Shown: positions 20,402-28,559 of the stretch, piece after piece
Layout: each line of letters begins with the position of its first letter
Position numbering within the stretch: the first letter of the stretch is position 1
Assembly (NCBI GenBank): GCA_016182045.1
Contig: JACOYE010000011.1
Coordinates: 39 to 64,038, forward strand
DNA: 64,000 bases
DNA from: Candidatus Microgenomates bacterium
Lineage (GTDB): Bacteria > Patescibacteriota > Microgenomatia > Daviesbacterales > UBA10151
Direction: 5' to 3'
The notes under the pieces: generated by a model
Told to the model about the DNA's origin: nothing
Database searches by the model: none
The model's input: the letters and a program-made list of their open reading frames with translations, nothing else
Made by a program: the position numbers and the translations under genes

Positions 20402-20952
20402 CGACGGTAAATTCGGAAATTGCCAGCCCCTTTAATATCCTTTGAAAAATCAATTTCTTTTGATAAATCTATCTTTTTAAAAGGCCTCCAATGAGAGAAA
20501 TGATAAGTTTGTGTAATAACAATAGAGCCCTTTTTTAATTCTTTTCTTAATCTCCCTTCCAGCTTATTAACCCCTTTTTGCAAAAGAAAAACATAAACAA
20601 TGTCGGCATCCGCGTATGACTTCTTAAAAAGATCGCCGTGATAAAATTGACAATTTAATCCTCGAGGACTATTTTGTCTGCTAGCTTTCCATCTGGAATA
20701 TAAAACTCTAATCCAAGATTGTTCTATGCCGACTGTATCTGCTCCGAGTTTGGCAGCTTCAATGACTACCCTGCCATCCCCAGATCCTAACTCGTAAAAT
20801 TTCTTACCCTTTTTAATTCCTGCCAGTTTTAAAATTTTTCTAATTTGATCCATTTTGGTGGGAACATAAGGAGCATCAGATCCGGCAAACCAGGATAGAG
20901 CAATAATACAGCCAATTAGAATACCTCCAGAGATAATCAGTGTGATATCCAT
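20398..20952 (-). CDS. Class I SAM-dependent methyltransferase
   Basis: Motif I FYELGSGDGRVVIEAAKLGADTVGIE. Confidence 0.7.
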   Translation of the reverse strand: MDITLIISGGILIGCIIALSWFAGSDAPYVPTKMDQIRKILKLAGIKKGKKFYELGSGDGRVVIEAAKLGADTVGIEQSWIRVLYSRWKASRQNSPRGLNCQFYHGDLFKKSYADADIVYVFLLQKGVNKLEGRLRKELKKGSIVITQTYHFSHWRPFKKIDLSKEIDFSKDIKGAGNFRIYRR

Positions 20953-20982
20953 TTGTTAAATATTAGCTTAATTTTCAAGTAC

Positions 20983-21011
20983 CAATTTACAATTTCCAAT
21001 CAAATATCAAT
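20983..21011. repeat. AT-rich intergenic repeat, copy 1 (aatttacaatttccaatcaaatatcaatg)
   Basis: 27/29 identical to 61846-61874. Both are followed by cattg/caatg/ttgaaaat-rich low-complexity sequence. Confidence 0.5.
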
Positions 21012-21079
21012 GATTAAATTTTCAAAACATTGATAAATTGAAAATTCATTGAAAATTGAGAATTAAAAATTGAAAAATT

Positions 21080-22132
21080 TCATTTTCCGAATAATCTTAA
21101 CAGAAAAACCTTTAGTGGAGTCAATTTGTCTATGGCAGTAAAAGCCAAATATAGTGGCCAATTAAAAACCAAATCATATGTTCCGATATATTCCACAAGT
21201 TCCCCACCATATCCCTGTTTAAACTTATGAAATCCATACCAGGGATCAGATTCTTTGGCATCGGGCCCTAATGCTCCCCACACGTCAAATTTCTTAAGGC
21301 CTAATTTTTTACCAAGTTTGATTGCTTGCCAAGCCACTAAATTTGAAGCCATCACATTTTTATATTCTAAAGATGAGCCGCCATAAGGATAATAAAGAGT
21401 ATCTTTGAAATTTAAAAGCATCCAGGCAGTGATCGGATGTCGGATGTCAGAGTTCGGAAGTCGGTAGAAAGCAATCAACAGCCTCGCCATGTTAACCTTC
21501 TTTAATGTTTCCCAGACCTTTTGATGATACTCTTTATTATGTCCATGATAACCTTGGCGTTTGGTGGTTTCAAAATAAAGTTTTAGATAAATTTCAAAAG
21601 CCTCATCATCTGTTCTTTCTTGAATTTCCACCCCATTTCTTTGGGCAATTTTAATGTTATATCTGGTTTTTGGGTGCATATTTTTTAAAAGTTCTTCTTC
21701 GGATTTGGTTAGATCAATTATGAAATTATATTTGGTGAATAAAGGCTTGGGAGAGGGTAAAAGATCTCTGGCCATTTTTTTTAATTGGATCCCTGCTCGC
21801 TTCGCGAAGCGAGCCTTCGCAGGGACGACGTCTGGTTCTACTTTTATGAAAGCACAATTATATTCTTTGCCAAGTTTTTTCAAAGCCTCTGCTAAATCCT
21901 TATTTGGAAAAGGACCTTTTGGTAAATAGCCAACATACTGACTGGTGAAAGGAATCTTGTGCAGAGTTAGTTGGAAGGCTTTTTGTAGTTTTCCATTTTT
22001 GTAAAGACCATAGCGCAAAAGTGGAATCCCCAAGGATTTTCGAAACTTCCCCCATTCCCAGGATTGAATGACATGGGTAACTAATTTGTCATATTGAGAT
22101 CTTTGTTTATCTGTAATTGGTCGAAGGTCCAC
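21080..22132 (-). CDS. FemAB-family peptidoglycan interpeptide-bridge aminoacyltransferase-like protein
   Basis: Its length, the N-terminal WEWGKFRKSLG and the C-terminal NLVAWQAIKLGKKLGLKKFDVWG resemble the FemABX family. It contains an in-frame GC-rich palindrome. Confidence 0.6.
   Translation of the reverse strand: MDLRPITDKQRSQYDKLVTHVIQSWEWGKFRKSLGIPLLRYGLYKNGKLQKAFQLTLHKIPFTSQYVGYLPKGPFPNKDLAEALKKLGKEYNCAFIKVEPDVVPAKARFAKRAGIQLKKMARDLLPSPKPLFTKYNFIIDLTKSEEELLKNMHPKTRYNIKIAQRNGVEIQERTDDEAFEIYLKLYFETTKRQGYHGHNKEYHQKVWETLKKVNMARLLIAFYRLPNSDIRHPITAWMLLNFKDTLYYPYGGSSLEYKNVMASNLVAWQAIKLGKKLGLKKFDVWGALGPDAKESDPWYGFHKFKQGYGGELVEYIGTYDLVFNWPLYLAFTAIDKLTPLKVFLLRLFGK
21791..21826. repeat. GC-rich palindromic element inserted in-frame in the FemAB-like gene (ccctgctcgcttcgcgaagcgagccttcgcaggg)
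   Basis: Contains the 20-bp perfect palindrome gctcgcttcgcgaagcgagc flanked by ccctgc/gcaggg. Confidence 0.6.
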
Positions 22133-22144
22133 CCGACCATTGTA

Positions 22145-22837
22145 TCAGAAGATTTGGATTTTGGCTTTTTGTCTAAGTTCTTGGAATTTTTGATTGAAGA
22201 TTTGAGAAAGCTTTTGTTGTTTTAATATATTTTCAACTTCCTTTATTTGGCCGGCAGAATCAGTAGCTTGGAGTTGATCTTTATTATTTGATAAGAATTG
22301 TTCAACTTCTTGGGCAGAGATAGTTGCCTCGTTAAGATAAAGTTTTTCTATGGAGAGTTGAACTTTAATTTGTGATCTTATGGAATCACGGTTTTGTCCT
22401 TGTTGGGAAAGTAAACTATCAAATACTTGAGTGCCACCCACACTTTTTTCTAATTCGGAGATTTTATTGTTAATCTCAGCTTCAGTTGGAGTTGCATTAT
22501 TTTTGGCTGCCTCATCCAAAATTATTTTTTCATTGATCATCTGGTTTAAAGTTTGGGTTCTAAATTGCTGATTAAGTTTCATTTGTAATTCTAAGTTGGT
22601 AATAGGAGAGCCATTAACCAAAGCAGCAATAAACCAATCTTTTTTAAGCATTGCCAGAAGCAATACCCCCACAATTAAAAGAATGACATAAAATTTTTTT
22701 GAGGATTTAAAATTTTGTAAATTAGGTATTTTATCCAGAACATTGTTTATTAAAGGAAACGGTTTTTCTTTTAAATTTTTCGACGTGGACTTTTTGACCA
22801 TTTCTGGATAGTAACAGAAGCCGTTGTCTTTTGGCAA
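22145..22837 (-). CDS. SurA N-terminal-domain-like periplasmic chaperone
   Basis: TM anchor, then VNGSPITNLELQMKLNQQF... helical chaperone-like domain. No PPIase domain. Confidence 0.45.
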   Translation of the reverse strand: MPKDNGFCYYPEMVKKSTSKNLKEKPFPLINNVLDKIPNLQNFKSSKKFYVILLIVGVLLLAMLKKDWFIAALVNGSPITNLELQMKLNQQFRTQTLNQMINEKIILDEAAKNNATPTEAEINNKISELEKSVGGTQVFDSLLSQQGQNRDSIRSQIKVQLSIEKLYLNEATISAQEVEQFLSNNKDQLQATDSAGQIKEVENILKQQKLSQIFNQKFQELRQKAKIQIF

Positions 22838-22858
22838 GACCTAAATTATGATTAATGT

Positions 22859-23728
22859 ATGCAAAAGGGATCTGCCTTAATACCCTTTCTTTTGGTTAGT
22901 TTGTTAGCAATTGTTGGTGGTATTTATTTTTACTTTAATCAATTGGGCAAAACTCCAACATTAACACCCACACCAGGTTTATCTTCAAAACAGCCATCTC
23001 AAAAGAACGAGCTAAAAACCTATACAAATGAGTATTTAGGTTTTGAATTTAACTATGATGATAAAAAATTAACTGTTAAAGAAGATTCCGAGCAGGAATT
23101 TAATAAAAGAGGAAATGGTGATTTTAGGACAAACTTTACAAGTTATGTAACTTATCCTCCCGCAGAGTTTATGGACGGGATAGTAGTTTTGGATGAAACT
23201 TCCTCATATGATAAAAACCCCCTAACAATTTGGGTTTTTAACAATTCTAACAATTTAACAATAGAACAATTTTACGCAAATTACTGGTATTACCCATTTG
23301 TCTGGGGAGATTATACCGCAAGACGCAATAGTGTGGCACCGGTAAATGATGCCACAATTTCCGGACAATTGGCACTATATGGAATAGTGACTTACCAACC
23401 AGGTTCTCCCAAATTTGTTTACCTGATCTCTGGGGGGGAAATGTATCTTTTTAGAATAATCGGAGAGGAAGGAGAAAAAATCTTACAAAGTTTTAAATTA
23501 TTGGAAGAAAAGGTAGGTTGTTTTGTGGCAGGATGCTCCGGTCAACTTTGTGTGGAGGAGGCTGAAAAAGACATTATTACTACTTGTGAGTTTAGGGAAG
23601 AGTATGCTTGTTATAAAGAAGCTAAATGTGAAAGACAACCAGACGGAAAATGCGGCTGGACAAAGAGTGTAGAACTAATCAGTTGTTTGGAGGAAAAAAG
23701 AAGCAGTTCTCCCGACATTGTATTCTAA
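22859..23728 (+). CDS. Secreted/membrane-anchored hypothetical protein with an 8-cysteine C-terminal domain
   Basis: N-terminal TM helix. C-terminal CFVAGCSGQLC...TTCEF..ACYKEAKCERQPDGKCGW..SCLEE. Confidence 0.35.
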   Translation: MQKGSALIPFLLVSLLAIVGGIYFYFNQLGKTPTLTPTPGLSSKQPSQKNELKTYTNEYLGFEFNYDDKKLTVKEDSEQEFNKRGNGDFRTNFTSYVTYPPAEFMDGIVVLDETSSYDKNPLTIWVFNNSNNLTIEQFYANYWYYPFVWGDYTARRNSVAPVNDATISGQLALYGIVTYQPGSPKFVYLISGGEMYLFRIIGEEGEKILQSFKLLEEKVGCFVAGCSGQLCVEEAEKDIITTCEFREEYACYKEAKCERQPDGKCGWTKSVELISCLEEKRSSSPDIVF

Positions 23729-23833
23729 CCATTTAACCTTTTCATAAAATTTTCCCAAAAAGAAGTCATTAAACATGTGAAAAAACAAACTCATAATTTA
23801 GATTATAGATTCTGAAACAAGTTCAGAATGACA

Positions 23834-24526
23834 TTAGAGAAGGTATATATCTACAAATTTTGCCCTCCAGCCTGCTGTTTTGGCATCGTCAAAGCCTAAG
23901 TCGATGATATTTCCTTTGATGGCTCCGCCTGTATCTCCTGCTATGGCTTGTCCGTATCCTGGGATATAAAGTTTAGATCTTAATGGTATTACTTTTGGAT
24001 CTACTGCAATTACACCTTTTCCAGCTTTTAGTCCTATGGCTGTTGTTTCATTACAACCTGGACAATGGGAATCATAGTGAGTAGCATAAACTCGCATCTT
24101 TTTCCAATAGCTAATTTGTCCATCAGGAGTATCTAAAGTTTTCCAGACGATTTTGGTGCCTCTTAAAATTTTTTTATCTTTTGGCTGAGTTGTCTCAACT
24201 GACACAATCTCCCTATCATATTCTTCACCATAATGGAAAGTAATTTTAATAATCTTTACTTGTTTACCATCCTCTCCTTCGTCAATAACTTTTTCTATCC
24301 CCGCTTCTTCTTCCGGATCATCTTCATAAATTACTTTCTTTAAGATAGTTTCTATTTCTTCTTCTAATTTTTCAGTAAATGAGGACTGGGTAGTAACAGG
24401 TTGGTTAATTGGTAGTGTTTCAGTTGGAGAGGGAGTGGAGTCTCCCAGAATTGTCGGAGATTGCCAAAAATTTTTGGCAAAAAAGGTGAGCCCTATTATT
24501 AGTAAGATCCCTAAGTATCTTTCCAT
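23834..24526 (-). CDS. G5 + 3D domain cell-wall protein (YabE/MltA 3D-domain family)
   Basis: AVDPKVIPLRSKLYIPGYGQAIAGDTGGAIKGNIIDLGFDD contains the three conserved Asp of the 3D domain. G5-like KITFHYGEEYDREIVSVETTQP lies upstream. Confidence 0.7.
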   Translation of the reverse strand: MERYLGILLIIGLTFFAKNFWQSPTILGDSTPSPTETLPINQPVTTQSSFTEKLEEEIETILKKVIYEDDPEEEAGIEKVIDEGEDGKQVKIIKITFHYGEEYDREIVSVETTQPKDKKILRGTKIVWKTLDTPDGQISYWKKMRVYATHYDSHCPGCNETTAIGLKAGKGVIAVDPKVIPLRSKLYIPGYGQAIAGDTGGAIKGNIIDLGFDDAKTAGWRAKFVDIYLL

Positions 24527-24560
24527 CCTTCGACTCCCTTCGGTCGCTCAGGACAAGTGG
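24527..24560. repeat. GC-rich palindromic element, family 2 (ccttcgactcc...gtcgctcagga), intergenic between helicase stop and 3D-gene start
   Basis: ccatccttcgactcccttcggtcgctcaggacaag. Same termini as copies at 40825, 41443, 42261, 42853 and 56343. Confidence 0.5.
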
Positions 24561-26552
24561 TCATACATTTAACCATTCTTCCTCATCAACTCCAGTATCC
24601 GTATCATCCAAGAATTGATCTGAATCTTTAAAAGTAGCATTTGATGAGATTAAGTGCTCAGGGATATCAGACAAGAAACGGGAAACCAGATTATTAGATC
24701 TTGTGCCAAAATATAATCTTTGTCTGGTATATGTTAAATATAACTTTTCCTTGGCCCGAGTAATCCCCACATAACAAAGCCTTCTTTCTTCCTCCAGTTC
24801 ATTAACATCAAGCATGGATCTAGAATGAGGGAACAATCCCTCCTCCATGCCTACTATAAAAACAACAGGAAACTCTAAACCTTTGGCAGAATGTAGGGTC
24901 ATTAAGGTTACTACATCTTGAGCTTGATTATTGGGGATGTTAGGGCGGCTAGGTAAATAGCCATTTTCCACCAAAGCTACATTTTCTAAAAAGTCTACTA
25001 AATTGGGAAATTCTTCTGCCACAGATCGAAGTTCTTTGACATTTTCCACCCGTCCCTTTCCTTCTTCAGTGCCATCATCTAAATATGTCAAGTAGCCTGT
25101 GACTTGTAGGATTTTATCCAGAAGCTCCATAGTGGTGTAACCACTTTCGTCATTGCGAGGAGACGTAGTCGACGAAGCAATCTCATTAACAAGATTGCCA
25201 CGCGAACTTCGTTCGCTCGCAATGACGTTTTGCAACTCCATTATTTTTGCAAGTCTGCCCTTACCAATTTTTTCTGCCCGCTTTAAGGAAACAGAATCTT
25301 TGGGATTTTGTAAAAGTCTTAAATAGGCAAGAACATCTTTAATTTCTTTTCTTTGATAAAAACTGACTCCACCGACTAATCTGTAAGGGACGCCCGATTT
25401 TAAAAATTGTTCCTCCAAAGACCTTGATTGGGCGTTAGTACGGTAGAGGATAGCAAAATCTGATAGCGGTTTGTTGTCATTGCGAGGAGACGTAGTCGAC
25501 GTGGCAATCTTTATTTTTGAGCCAGATTGCTTCGCTTCGCTCGCAATGACGTTTAAAATGAATAAAGTTTCCGCTACCTCATTTCTTACTTCCACCACTT
25601 CTATTTTTTCTCCTCCATCTTTTTGAGTCCAAAGTTTTAAAATTGGATGAGATTTATTTTTGGAAATAACAGCATGAGCTGCATCCAGGATGTTTTGAGT
25701 AGATCTATAATTTTGTTCAAGATTAAAAATTTTGGCATTGGGATAGTCTTTTTCAAAATTGACTATATTTCTAAAATCAGCTCCTCGGAATGAATATATG
25801 GACTGGCTTGCATCACCTACTACGCAAATGTTTTTATGACGGTTAGCCAAATATTTAGAAATTAAATATTGGGCAGGATTGGTATCCTGATATTCATCGA
25901 TTAAGATATATTTAAATTGGATTTGATATCTGGTTAAAATGGCTGGTTCTGTTTGAAAAAGCTGGATCACTTTTAATAGCAGATCATCAAAATCCAAAGC
26001 ATGATTTTTTTCCAAAATTTTCTGATATTCCAGATAAATTTTGGCCACAAGTTCCTGGAAAAAACCTCTGGCATATTGAGGATATTCTAAAGAAGAAATT
26101 AATTCATTTTTGGCCCCGGAGATGGTGGCCCGAACTGCAGAAGGGGAGGTTTTTTGAGTTGGAATATTTAAATTACCCATGGCTTCTTTGATAGCATCCA
26201 AAGCATCGGATTCATCATAAATAGCAAAGCCGGGAGGAAGCCCTAGCACTTTGCCTTCACGACGCAAGATTTTGGCACAGAAAGAATGGAATGTGCCCAT
26301 CACTGGTTGGGTGGGAAGATCGCCAATTAATTTTTTAATTCGCTCAATCATCTCTCCGCTGGCCTTATTTGTAAAAGTTAATACAAGTATATTTTCAGGT
26401 GGAATTTTCTTCTCAGAAATTAAGTAAGCCACTCTGTAGGTGAGTACTCTGGTTTTTCCAGAACCAGCTCCGGCTAAAATTAAAACTGGGCCTTCAGTTT
26501 GTTTGACAGCTTTTTGTTGAGCGGGATTTAGATCATCTAGGAGAGCAGACAT
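24561..26552 (-). CDS. UvrD/PcrA/Rep-family superfamily-1 DNA helicase (start moved to ATG at 26552, MSALLDDLNPAQ)
   Basis: LLDDLNPAQQ, Walker A GAGSGKT and motifs through TLHSAKGLEFPVVF...RRLCYVGITRAK. It carries two in-frame MITE-like inserts. Confidence 0.9.
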   Translation of the reverse strand: MSALLDDLNPAQQKAVKQTEGPVLILAGAGSGKTRVLTYRVAYLISEKKIPPENILVLTFTNKASGEMIERIKKLIGDLPTQPVMGTFHSFCAKILRREGKVLGLPPGFAIYDESDALDAIKEAMGNLNIPTQKTSPSAVRATISGAKNELISSLEYPQYARGFFQELVAKIYLEYQKILEKNHALDFDDLLLKVIQLFQTEPAILTRYQIQFKYILIDEYQDTNPAQYLISKYLANRHKNICVVGDASQSIYSFRGADFRNIVNFEKDYPNAKIFNLEQNYRSTQNILDAAHAVISKNKSHPILKLWTQKDGGEKIEVVEVRNEVAETLFILNVIASEAKQSGSKIKIATSTTSPRNDNKPLSDFAILYRTNAQSRSLEEQFLKSGVPYRLVGGVSFYQRKEIKDVLAYLRLLQNPKDSVSLKRAEKIGKGRLAKIMELQNVIASERSSRGNLVNEIASSTTSPRNDESGYTTMELLDKILQVTGYLTYLDDGTEEGKGRVENVKELRSVAEEFPNLVDFLENVALVENGYLPSRPNIPNNQAQDVVTLMTLHSAKGLEFPVVFIVGMEEGLFPHSRSMLDVNELEEERRLCYVGITRAKEKLYLTYTRQRLYFGTRSNNLVSRFLSDIPEHLISSNATFKDSDQFLDDTDTGVDEEEWLNV
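25149..25226 (-). mobile_element. 78-bp MITE-like palindromic element with 12-bp terminal inverted repeats (gtcattgcgag...ctcgcaatgac), in-frame in the helicase gene
   Basis: 78 bp = 26 codons, translated as VIASERSSRGNLVNEIASSTTSPRND. A second copy lies 337 bp away. Confidence 0.5.
25486..25560 (-). mobile_element. 75-bp second copy of the MITE-like element, in-frame in the helicase gene
   Basis: 75 bp = 25 codons, translated as VIASEAKQSGSKIKIATSTTSPRND. The first 26 nt and last 13 nt are identical to copy 1, and it has the nested gcaatct/agattgc inverted repeat. Confidence 0.5.
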
Positions 26553-26588
26553 GAAGCATATATTAACATTTGCCAGCAAAGTTGACAA

Positions 26589-26619
26589 AGTTTGTAAGAT
26601 TTCAGTTAAAATTTAGGTA
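26589..26619 (+). repeat. Direct repeat DR-A copy 1 (agtttgtaagatttcagttaaaatttaggta, 31 bp)
   Basis: Perfect identity with 27602-27632. Together the copies bracket the GC-rich segment. Confidence 0.9.
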
Positions 26620-26917
26620 AATTTTCAATGTTTGGAGGCTAAAGTATTGAAAAATATGTTAAAATATCATTGAAATCTTATGCCAGAAAGGATAAGGATC
26701 GTATTTCTACCTTCAGGACTACTCCGATAGAGGTAAATTACGAGCTATCAACACGGAAACAGAAGCACCAAAGCAGCCGCCGATAGAACGTTTAAAACGA
26801 CTCTTAGTAGGGTGGGCAAGGCGTGGTCGCACAGGGACAGAAGCAAATCCAGAACAACAGATATTAACTCCTGTCCGTCTTAAAGACTATCTTCTACAAG
26901 CAGCAAAAAGCCCATCG

Positions 26918-27556
26918 TTGGCAGTTAATCCCATGCCTAAAGTTTTTGACCTTGGGGAATTTGGAAGAGAAGCAGAAAGATTATTGCACCTATCCCTGAG
27001 AGATCCTAAACACCCGGAGTATGCCTCAATAGCTTGCATTAACGATAAAGGTCGGCTCGTCATCTTAAAGGAACCCATCCGAGGTGATGAGAGGAGCGTT
27101 CCGGTTCCCGCCCCCAAGGATAAACGCAGGGTCCTTTTGCTACATACCCACGGTGACACTGATACTCCTTTCTCCGCAAGTGATTTAGAGGGCTTATTTG
27201 TGCCCTCAGCCGAGAATGGGGTTCCAGCCGTGCTTCTCGCCACTCCGAGTCTGAAAATGCTGATTCTTCGCACCAAAGATACTCCCTATCTCACGCCGCT
27301 TCAAATTGAAGATAGGACTGTGATGATGTGGCTCCACCCAGCTACGGAAGAGGAGAGAAAACTATTCGAAGCTGGTTATCAGGCAGCGGGCGGTGAAGAA
27401 GCCGATAGGCCACCAGAGCTTACTCCAGAGTATAAGCAAGCCCTTCGTCAGCTCAGCAGCAAGCGAATGTTCGTGCTCACCCGCGCTGCCCATGAGTATA
27501 ATCTCAAAGGCTACTCTTGCCCATCTAACCAGAATATTGTGTCACTTCTCAGCTAA
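26918..27556 (+). CDS. JAB/MPN (JAMM) metalloprotease-domain protein on a GC-rich foreign segment, probably 5-prime truncated
   Basis: LLLHTHGDTDTPFSASDL is a perfect HxHx7SxxD JAMM/RadC-like motif, with an upstream Glu in ILKEPIRGDE. The frame is open from 26696 (74 codons upstream of the TTG start) with no start codon. GC is roughly 50% by eye against AT-rich flanks. Confidence 0.5.
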   Translation: MAVNPMPKVFDLGEFGREAERLLHLSLRDPKHPEYASIACINDKGRLVILKEPIRGDERSVPVPAPKDKRRVLLLHTHGDTDTPFSASDLEGLFVPSAENGVPAVLLATPSLKMLILRTKDTPYLTPLQIEDRTVMMWLHPATEEERKLFEAGYQAAGGEEADRPPELTPEYKQALRQLSSKRMFVLTRAAHEYNLKGYSCPSNQNIVSLLS

Positions 27557-27601
27557 CCCGCATCTTTAGTGGCGAGCCAGAAAATGGTGGGGTCACTTCC
27601 C

Positions 27602-27632
27602 AGTTTGTAAGATTTCAGTTAAAATTTAGGTA
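27602..27632 (+). repeat. Direct repeat DR-A copy 2
   Basis: Identical 31-mer to 26589-26619. It abuts DR-B copy 1. Confidence 0.9.
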
Positions 27633-27633
27633 G

Positions 27634-27653
27634 TTTTCCCCTAGACAATTTTT
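27634..27653 (+). repeat. Direct repeat DR-B copy 1 (ttttcccctagacaattttt, 20 bp)
   Basis: Identical 20-mer at 28540-28559. The copies bracket the two-gene NTase cassette. Confidence 0.8.
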
Positions 27654-27679
27654 GGCTTTGGAAATGGTATAATTAAGGT

Positions 27680-27943
27680 ATGTATAACTGGTCTGTTGAT
27701 GAAAAAAGGTTTAAAAAGGAAAACCCTAAAGAGTATAGACTGTGGAGGTTGGTGCAGCTGATAAACTATGGACTGGATGGAGAAAAACTGGATAGGGAGG
27801 AGGTCAAAAAAGCCTGGCCGAAGATTAAAGATCAGCTTGATCCATATAAGGCTAGGGCAATAGAATATTTATTATGGGGAAAGCTATACTCACTCCCGAA
27901 CAACTTAACTTTCTGGAATTTATCCAAAAAGAACAACAAATAA
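27680..27943 (+). CDS. Small hypothetical protein upstream of and overlapping the NTase gene (candidate partner/antitoxin)
   Basis: 87-aa ORF. It overlaps the next ORF by 70 nt in another frame. No family recognised. Confidence 0.3.
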   Translation: MYNWSVDEKRFKKENPKEYRLWRLVQLINYGLDGEKLDREEVKKAWPKIKDQLDPYKARAIEYLLWGKLYSLPNNLTFWNLSKKNNK

Positions 27944-28539
27944 CCAAACGCTTTTATTGGACCGGCGGAACAGTTCTTTCTGAATTCTACCTGCAACACA
28001 GACTTTCGGAAGATATAGATTTATTCAATGAATTTGAGGAGGTAAATCAGAGTTTAATAGATGCTTTCTTAAAAAAGATTTCACCTTCACTTCAAGTAAC
28101 AGAGATTAAGAAAAGTCAGTTTTTAGGTTTAGTGAGTTATATCTTGGTTTTTAAAAATAGTCAGAAACTAAAAATAGATTTTAATTATTATCCATTTCCT
28201 AGAATTGAAAAAGGCAAGAAATATAAAAATTTAGAGATAGACAGTATTTATGATATTGCTGTAAATAAAGTGCATACTATGTTTATGCGGACAAAAGCCA
28301 GGGATTTTGTTGACATTTATTTCATCATGAAAACAATTGATTATCATTTAGATCAGCTCATCAGGGACGCGAAGGTTAAGTTTGACTGGCATATTGATAA
28401 AGTTACTTTGGCCAGTCAATTTATGAAAGTCAAAGAAATTAAAGATTTACCTAAAATGTTGTTACCATTTAATCAAAAAGATATGGAAAAATTTTATCTA
28501 AAGCTGGCTAAATCTTTAGAAGAAGAGATCTTAAAATAA
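27874..28539 (+). CDS. Pol-beta-superfamily nucleotidyltransferase, AbiEii/DUF1814-like (abortive-infection / type IV TA toxin family)
   Basis: YWTGGTVLSEFYLQHRLSEDIDLF matches the GG...S.DhD NTase motif and AbiEii N-terminal architecture. 221 aa. Confidence 0.55.
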   Translation: MGKAILTPEQLNFLEFIQKEQQITKRFYWTGGTVLSEFYLQHRLSEDIDLFNEFEEVNQSLIDAFLKKISPSLQVTEIKKSQFLGLVSYILVFKNSQKLKIDFNYYPFPRIEKGKKYKNLEIDSIYDIAVNKVHTMFMRTKARDFVDIYFIMKTIDYHLDQLIRDAKVKFDWHIDKVTLASQFMKVKEIKDLPKMLLPFNQKDMEKFYLKLAKSLEEEILK

Positions 28540-28559
28540 TTTTCCCCTAGACAATTTTT
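28540..28559 (+). repeat. Direct repeat DR-B copy 2
   Basis: Identical to 27634-27653. It lies immediately upstream of trxA. Confidence 0.8.

Noticed and set aside
26887-27276. 129-aa minus-strand ORF inside the GC-rich segment
   Set aside because: It is antisense to the JAB-domain ORF. GC-rich DNA yields long spurious open frames, and no motif was recognised.
26690-27600. Interpretation of the GC-rich segment as a metagenome assembly chimera
   Set aside because: Not rejected outright, but considered less likely. Both junctions coincide with perfect 31-bp direct repeats, and the downstream cassette has the same repeat-bounded architecture, which points to biology. A chimeric join at a repeat cannot be excluded without read-level data.
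27680-28539. Calling the NTase plus JAB neighbourhood a CBASS operon
   Set aside because: The NTase is only 221 aa and matches AbiEii/DUF1814 better than CD-NTases. No E1/E2 (Cap2) or effector gene is present, and the JAB gene lies in a separately bounded cassette. Kept only as a remote possibility.
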